DNA of 62,377 nt from a virus (Duplodnaviria; Caudoviricetes), in the IMG/VR virus record IMGVR_UViG_3300032288_001948, positions 1-62,377 of that record. One strand, 5' to 3'. The position numbers were made by a program, and so were the translations under genes. Below the pieces are notes generated by a model. That model was not told where the DNA came from and made no database searches. It was given only the letters and a program-made list of their open reading frames with translations. Below are positions 57,141-62,377 of this stretch, piece by piece. How positions within the stretch are numbered: the first letter of the stretch is position 1; each line of letters starts with the position of its first letter.

Positions 57141-57789
57141 TGAACTCGCAATCTAGCACAGGGCACCACTGTTTGCAAAGCCCGGACTGGCGTGGCTGCC
57201 ACGTATCAGTCTTGAACGCTTGCGCGTATTGCCTCAAGTCCGGAATGAACTTGGCCCACATCGACGGGATGTCCTCACGGCGATACACCCACCGCGTCTC
57301 GCTTGCCGTCTTGGTCCAGTAAAAGCGGACATGCACGAGATCGGTGTCAGGATATAATGCGAACGTATGAAGTGCGAACAAAGATAACTGGTCCATCTTC
57401 TGGTGAGGTTTACCAGTTTTGTAGTCGACAACGTACGCGCCGGAATCATTACTTACTTTGATGTAGTCGATGATTCCGCGAAACCAGACATCTGGTGCGA
57501 AGAAGTTACAGGGCTCGCGCTTGAGATTAAGAGCGATCTTCTGTTCCACATTATGTATGCCCGGAAGCGCCTCCAGCTTCTGCATATAATCTTCATGTTG
57601 TTCTAGTCCTGCGGGTAGCGGTGTGCCGTCCAGCTGACGCAACTCGAACGCTTTATGCACACGCTCACCCCACAGCATCTGCTCGGACTTTTCCTCCTGT
57701 ACAGACTTGCTGACATACTTCGCCTCGTATTGGCGAGGACACGTCTTGAACGTGTCCAGCGCCGAGAATGACCATGCTTTAGGCTTCAC
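57109..57789 (-). CDS. PD-(D/E)XK exonuclease (Cas4/RecB-like)
   Basis: WSFSAL..F.TCPRQY, GERVH, GIIDY, VDYKTGK, QL..FA, C..WCPV..C; GTG start inferred. Confidence 0.85.
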   Translation of the reverse strand: MKPKAWSFSALDTFKTCPRQYEAKYVSKSVQEEKSEQMLWGERVHKAFELRQLDGTPLPAGLEQHEDYMQKLEALPGIHNVEQKIALNLKREPCNFFAPDVWFRGIIDYIKVSNDSGAYVVDYKTGKPHQKMDQLSLFALHTFALYPDTDLVHVRFYWTKTASETRWVYRREDIPSMWAKFIPDLRQYAQAFKTDTWQPRQSGLCKQWCPVLDCEFNGKANSRYHR

Positions 57790-57949
57790 GATGCGGGCCT
57801 TTGAAATGGCGTTGCAGTTCTTTCGGCATGGTCTTGAGCAGCGATTCGCCGACACCCATCTCCATGATTGCCATTAACTGCGCCAACTCATATGCAGTTA
57901 TGCTGCTTTGCGGATCAAACGCGTGAATCGGTTCTTCATCATAGATCAT
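57779..57949 (-). CDS. 56-aa hypothetical protein
   Basis: Manual translation MIYDEEPIHAFDPQSSITAYELAQL...; fills the gap, ATGA-coupled. Confidence 0.55.
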   Translation of the reverse strand: MIYDEEPIHAFDPQSSITAYELAQLMAIMEMGVGESLLKTMPKELQRHFKGPHREA

Positions 57950-58479
57950 AGCTTCAACCCCAAAAATTTAACGATCTGCTGCATGTGCTGTGCCTGAACG
58001 GTTGCGTCGTTCAACGCTTGGTGCAGGGTACCAAGTTCTGGGCGGTCGATATTCGGCGCCAGATTCTTGAGCGTGCGATAACAGCGATCATTATAAAACG
58101 CCCACGGGCAATCGAGGCCGACCTTGTTGTAGGCGTTGCGCAGAATCACATTGTCGAACGTGGCTCCATTGCCCCACACTGGTACCGGGCCGTCTCCGAT
58201 CCACATGGCCAAGCCTTCAAGGGCGGTGGGCAGATCAACAAAGTCGCTGGCAAGCAGCGCTTTTCTTGCGGTGTCGCGCTCCTTATCCATCCACCAGAGG
58301 ACGGTGCCGGGATCGATTTTAAGTCCGAATGCGACAGCGCTATCGAGGGAAACGCCAACATAAAAAGCGTCATCGATGCCACTGCCCATAGGGTCGAACT
58401 TAACAGCACCAATAGATACAATCGCAGCTTCATTTCCGGTTCCCATTGTTTCAAGGTCAACCATTACATGCGTAGTCAT
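57946..58479 (-). CDS. DEDDh 3'-5' exonuclease (RNase T-like)
   Basis: VMVDLETMG, WGNGATFDNVIL, RCYRT, HQALNDA. Confidence 0.88.
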   Translation of the reverse strand: MTTHVMVDLETMGTGNEAAIVSIGAVKFDPMGSGIDDAFYVGVSLDSAVAFGLKIDPGTVLWWMDKERDTARKALLASDFVDLPTALEGLAMWIGDGPVPVWGNGATFDNVILRNAYNKVGLDCPWAFYNDRCYRTLKNLAPNIDRPELGTLHQALNDATVQAQHMQQIVKFLGLKL

Positions 58480-58742
58480 TAGTGTACTCCGTGCTGCGGT
58501 TCGTCGGAGATCGTGAGATATTGGTGCATCGCATCAAAGAACATGCTGATGTATTCCGGCTTATCGGCTTGTAACTCTAGATAGCGGCGAGAAGCTGTGA
58601 GTGCCAACAGTACTGCGAGATTCGGCCGACCAGAACACAACTCACCGATCTTAGCGGCAAGTTCATCGGCTTCAGCTGAATGCTTCGCTACAACCTCCGC
58701 CAGTTTCTTAGCGAACTCACGATCAGACATGTCATCGGTCAT
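58479..58742 (-). CDS. Hypothetical protein
   Basis: 87 aa, coupled on both sides. Confidence 0.65.
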   Translation of the reverse strand: MTDDMSDREFAKKLAEVVAKHSAEADELAAKIGELCSGRPNLAVLLALTASRRYLELQADKPEYISMFFDAMHQYLTISDEPQHGVH

Positions 58743-59014
58743 TTCATACTCCCATCTTTGTTGCGTTTGAACGAACGGTTTTCACTCGGACTGACAGCAC
58801 GCGCATTCTTGATTGTGTTCGATCCACCTTTGGACAGCGGCTTCTTGTGGTCGAGGTCTTGACCGGACTTAACCATGCCCAGCTTCAACGCTTTACGGCG
58901 CAGCTTGTGGCGCTTGGCGCTACCCGATTCAGAACCTGTTCCCTGTTCGCCGCGATCCTTGGCGGTCTTGGCTTCTTGTTTATAATCACGCACGTATCCG
59001 GGGGAGCTAGGCAT
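58739..59014 (-). CDS. Small HNH nuclease
   Basis: RDYKQE...DLDHKKPLSKGGSN...N..NR. Confidence 0.75.
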   Translation of the reverse strand: MPSSPGYVRDYKQEAKTAKDRGEQGTGSESGSAKRHKLRRKALKLGMVKSGQDLDHKKPLSKGGSNTIKNARAVSPSENRSFKRNKDGSMK

Positions 59015-59198
59015 CGTCGTCGTCCTCTGATTCAACCTTCTCAAGTACATACCCAAGTCGCTTAAATCGCTCCTTGTCGTATGGCTCGGTAAACTCAGAA
59101 TACTCTCCTTTTAGGGTGATTTCACCTTTCTCCTTGTCGATCCGCATGACCTTGTATCGACGGTCGGTCTTGACGTTTTTGAAGTACAGTTCAGTCAT
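59007..59198 (-). CDS. Hypothetical protein
   Basis: 63 aa, acidic tail, operon packing. Confidence 0.65.
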   Translation of the reverse strand: MTELYFKNVKTDRRYKVMRIDKEKGEITLKGEYSEFTEPYDKERFKRLGYVLEKVESEDDDDA

Positions 59199-61083
59199 AT
59201 TTCCAATCCTCTAATTGACCCCACGACGGACCAGCTTTGCAGTCCCACGGCAACGGTATCGGCGGGGTAAAATCCCACGCTTGCTGGTACGGCAGATTGT
59301 CCAGCTGGTCTTTGACGGCACGCGCTGCCCGTTTGACGTTGACATCCGGCACATAAAGATAGATGCCGTCGTGCAAGTCCCACGCGAAGTACGCGCCCAG
59401 CTCAATCAGCAATGGCTTCAAGACCTGAAGCGCCAGATATTTCTGATCGGCGCCGGTGCCCTGAATCCTGTAGTTGATCGAGGTGGACCCCATTGACCAG
59501 CCACGTTCTTTCCAATCCCCGGTGACCTGCACCCGGCGACCGGCGAATGTTTCGACGTAGCCTGTCTTTTTGGTGAGGCTGATCTGGCGTTCCCAGTACA
59601 GCGGCACTTTCGCGTAGGCCGTCAAATACGTCCTGCGGATCAGATTGGCTTCGTCTATATTCATCGGCAGCCCGTACTGCACACGAGCAACTGTTCGAAG
59701 TTTAGGAGCAGACGTTCGATATTGCAAGCTGAGATTCGCAACTTTACCTAGCTGTCTACGATCTTTCGCCTTGGGGTGCTTATCTTTAATATCCTGTAAC
59801 ATCTTCTCGTATGTGATGTTGGCGATCGCGGCGCCCATGTACGAATGCGCGTCCTCGCCCGGCCCACACAGATTCAGCATGACTGGATCGCCGGAGGCTA
59901 TGGCCATCCAACGAAATTCTTGACCGCTCGCATCAAACTCCATGAGTGTGTATCCCGGCGGAGGGGTGATGATCCCACGAAATTCTGCGCCACGTTTCTC
60001 CTGATGAATCGCAAAACCGGTTTGCCTTTCATCTTTATTTCGACCCTGCTTGGACGCGTAAGTGAGCCGCCCGGAGTAGGTGCCGAATACGATCGCTTGA
60101 GGGTGGGTGCGGCCGTCTTGGTTATAATCCACGGACGCCAATGGCGCTTCTGCGAACTTGGTTCGATTGTTGAGCGCTTCGCGATAAGCCCGAAGTTCCT
60201 TTGCGCGCTCGTCGATGAACGACAATTCATGTAGCGTTTCCTTGTCGGTTGCCCGGCTTACCTTGCCGGTTTTCTTGCCCGTATTTTCTTTCTGGACTGG
60301 CAGTCCCCACTCATCAAACAGCAAAACCGCCAGCTTTGTGGGTGAGCGGATCACCTGCTCGGTCACCCCATGAGGTGCGAGTAATTCGAGCTTATTAGCC
60401 CCCACCATCGTCAGGTTGGCCGCCAGTTCCCTCGTCGCCAGCGTGTCCACGACCATGCCCCGGACGTTCGCCAGCGCCACGACCGGCAGACTTTCTGCTT
60501 CGATCAGCGCCGCACGCAGCTGAGAGGGGCATAGTAGATGATAGAACTGCTTGGCCAGAATCAGCGTGAAGATCGTATCCCGTACGTTATATTTGTGCAG
60601 CTTGGCCCGCGCCTCGGGAGATTCGTCGTGAAAGTCCACGCCTTCCTCATACCCGGCATACCGCGGCATGTACTCGGCAACGGCCGTCTTGAGGCTATAG
60701 GACTTCTTCTTTGATCGATCCGTCTCGTACTCCGGCTCGATGGTCAGGTGCCGCCACAGCAACATGCCGTCGAGCCACTTGGCCCGCATCACCAAATCCT
60801 CCAGTCCGTACGCCACAAGCCAGCCGATATCGAACACCGTGTTCCAGCCCACGATGGTCTGGTCATTATAGATCGCCGACTCCAAGAACTCCTGCATCAT
60901 GTCTGCCGTGGGGTTCAGGCCGCCGGCGATCGGAACGATCTGCTTGCCCTGTTTCTGCACCACGGCGAGGCTGGTGGCCCACGCTCTTTCCTGCTGAACA
61001 CGCCATGGTTGAAGGGCGTATTCGTGTAACGCCCCCGACGTTTCGAAGTCGAAGGCGATGAACTTGTCATCGTCCCAGATCAT
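59191..61083 (-). CDS. polA: DNA polymerase, family A, with 3'-5' exonuclease domain
   Basis: ExoI DFETS, ExoII WNTVFD, ExoIII YNVRD; TYSGRL; motif A DASGQEFR; motif B RQLGKVANLSLQY; motif C LHDG. Confidence 0.92.
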   Translation of the reverse strand: MIWDDDKFIAFDFETSGALHEYALQPWRVQQERAWATSLAVVQKQGKQIVPIAGGLNPTADMMQEFLESAIYNDQTIVGWNTVFDIGWLVAYGLEDLVMRAKWLDGMLLWRHLTIEPEYETDRSKKKSYSLKTAVAEYMPRYAGYEEGVDFHDESPEARAKLHKYNVRDTIFTLILAKQFYHLLCPSQLRAALIEAESLPVVALANVRGMVVDTLATRELAANLTMVGANKLELLAPHGVTEQVIRSPTKLAVLLFDEWGLPVQKENTGKKTGKVSRATDKETLHELSFIDERAKELRAYREALNNRTKFAEAPLASVDYNQDGRTHPQAIVFGTYSGRLTYASKQGRNKDERQTGFAIHQEKRGAEFRGIITPPPGYTLMEFDASGQEFRWMAIASGDPVMLNLCGPGEDAHSYMGAAIANITYEKMLQDIKDKHPKAKDRRQLGKVANLSLQYRTSAPKLRTVARVQYGLPMNIDEANLIRRTYLTAYAKVPLYWERQISLTKKTGYVETFAGRRVQVTGDWKERGWSMGSTSINYRIQGTGADQKYLALQVLKPLLIELGAYFAWDLHDGIYLYVPDVNVKRAARAVKDQLDNLPYQQAWDFTPPIPLPWDCKAGPSWGQLEDWKYD

Positions 61084-61295
61084 TATTTCTCTCCCAGTGC
61101 GGCGCCAATTATGTCCACCATCTGCTTGATAAGCTGCTGCTGATAGCCTTCCGCCGCCGTTTCAGGAATGAACCCATCGGAACCGGCATAGACCTCGTAG
61201 GCTTCACGCAGCGCCGCTTCAAGTTCCGCGATGCGGGCGTCCTTTTTCATTAGCTGGCCGTTGATGGAAAGCGGGTGAACATAATCGTCAGTCAT
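61083..61295 (-). CDS. Mini-gene array member
   Basis: ARIAELEAAL, ends AALGEK. Confidence 0.75.
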   Translation of the reverse strand: MTDDYVHPLSINGQLMKKDARIAELEAALREAYEVYAGSDGFIPETAAEGYQQQLIKQMVDIIGAALGEK

Positions 61296-61477
61296 CCCTT
61301 CTCTCCCAGATAAGCGGCGCGGGCGGCGTTAGTAATTTCTTCAATGGTTAAGCGACCAGCGCACTTATCCTCTAAAATATCCTTCAATGCATTAGCCATA
61401 ACCCAACTGACATTTGAGATATGAACTTCGCGTTCGCCGTCGTATTTGGTTTCAACCAATTCGTATCGCTCAGTCAT
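61292..61477 (-). CDS. Mini-gene array member
   Basis: Ends AARAAYLGEKG. Confidence 0.75.
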   Translation of the reverse strand: MTERYELVETKYDGEREVHISNVSWVMANALKDILEDKCAGRLTIEEITNAARAAYLGEKG

Positions 61478-61973
61478 TCTTCTTCTCCAAAGCGGCGCGG
61501 GCGGCGCGGAGGTCGGCTTCTTTTACAAAGACTGTTATATACTCAGCAACATTTACTGGGTCTTTTGGGTAGCTCACAAATGGCTTCATTGCTGACCGCA
61601 GGTTCAAGAATTTGGTTTCATAGTCGAACAGCCTTTCATTCAACTCCGCGATGCGGGCGCGGTAATATTCAATATCCCGCATCATTACCTCATCATTACT
61701 TTCGTGATACGTTGCGTCATATTCCAACTCCGCAATCCGTCTCGCCTGCGCCTCTAATGCGTCGGCGGCTTCTCCGGCGTCATTGTCGCCGTGGTATCTT
61801 TGAAGAAGACGCAGGCGTGAGGACAGTTCTGTCATGTCCAGCGAACTGTCAGGCTTTACTTGACGGTTGGCCTTCGCCTTCTGGACCTCTTGGACATACT
61901 GTTCACTCTTGTCATATTCTTCCCGCGTCACCAATGACCCGTCGCGTATCCTTATAGTAGGCTCGTCACTCAT
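61470..61973 (-). CDS. Mini-gene array member (167 aa, two RIAEL units)
   Basis: Start MSDEPT at 61973 after GGAGAGAAGGA; EAADALEAQARRIAELE; ends RAARAALEKKND. Confidence 0.75.
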   Translation of the reverse strand: MSDEPTIRIRDGSLVTREEYDKSEQYVQEVQKAKANRQVKPDSSLDMTELSSRLRLLQRYHGDNDAGEAADALEAQARRIAELEYDATYHESNDEVMMRDIEYYRARIAELNERLFDYETKFLNLRSAMKPFVSYPKDPVNVAEYITVFVKEADLRAARAALEKKND

Positions 61974-62221
61974 TCCTTCTCTCCCAGATAAGCGGCGCGG
62001 GCGGCGCGGACAGGTGCCATGTCCATGTCGTATCGCTTCTGCATGGCGGGATGGACATTGCCGTAGCGGTTGTCCAATTCCTCCTCCAAATCGTCCGCAC
62101 ATTCTTTTAGAAGCGCCATCAATTCCTCAATCGCGTCGGCGGCTTCATCGCATGTGTCCGCACCAGCCATGTCGCTGCGAAGCAATTCCACCAAGTCGGT
62201 AAGTCGGTTACTATCACTCAT
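61970..62221 (-). CDS. Mini-gene array member
   Basis: DLVELLR..CDEAADAIEEL; ends RAARAAYLGEKE. Confidence 0.75.
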   Translation of the reverse strand: MSDSNRLTDLVELLRSDMAGADTCDEAADAIEELMALLKECADDLEEELDNRYGNVHPAMQKRYDMDMAPVRAARAAYLGEKE

Positions 62222-62254
62222 CCCTTCTCTCCCCTATAAGCGGCGCGGGCCAGT

Positions 62255-62377
62255 AACACGGCTTCCTCATGTCCATCGCGGCAGTAAATGACCTTCTTCC
62301 CCGGTTGACCAATTCGTAGCAGCGCGGCTTCAAGTTCCGCGATGCGGGCGCGTAGCGCTAGCGTTTCATCGGCGCGG
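62255..62377. repeat. Terminal direct repeat, right copy
   Basis: Identical to 1-123. Confidence 0.95.

Noticed and set aside
57109-57789. Cas4-like nuclease as evidence of a CRISPR system
   Set aside because: Stand-alone PD-(D/E)XK exonucleases are routine in phage replication modules; no other cas genes or array
61974-62102. N-terminal extension of the 210-aa ORF in the track
   Set aside because: Overlaps the upstream gene in another frame; the true start is the RBS-coupled ATG at 61973

Overview
This window is a complete circular or circularly permuted ~62.25 kb tailed dsDNA phage genome. The first 123 nt are repeated at 62255-62377 and a gene reads through the junction. It is probably podovirus-like, with an N4-gp56-type major capsid protein and large internal virion proteins. 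Gene content suggests a proteobacterial, possibly alphaproteobacterial, host (inference only). Layout: (i) minus-strand early/accessory region 1-12.4 kb with HTH proteins, a DnaA-domain-IV-like protein and an AAA+ ATPase / metallopeptidase-VWA / DUF3150-like trio; (ii) AT-rich control regions at 11.05-11.78 and 12.4-12.74 kb; (iii) plus-strand packaging, head, internal virion, tail and lysis genes 12.7-49.6 kb; (iv) minus-strand replication module 49.6-61.1 kb (primase-helicase, SSB-like protein, SNF2 helicase, VRR-NUC, PD-(D/E)XK exonuclease, DEDD exonuclease, family A polymerase); (v) an array of six mini-genes with shared junction sequences across the origin. I found no integrase, cI-like repressor, tRNA, CRISPR array or reverse transcriptase. 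The strongest unexplained signals are: nine copies of a 21-bp palindrome TTTGTTAGAYNRTCTAACAAA, five of them squeezed between the stop codon and RBS of successive early genes; three different free-standing endonucleases each inserted in the last ~10 codons of a phage gene, with a replacement C-terminus upstream and the displaced tail stranded downstream; a probable overprinted small gene with its own RBS inside the 2044-aa virion protein; and the mini-gene cassette array. All product calls come from motif recognition by eye; no database searches were run.
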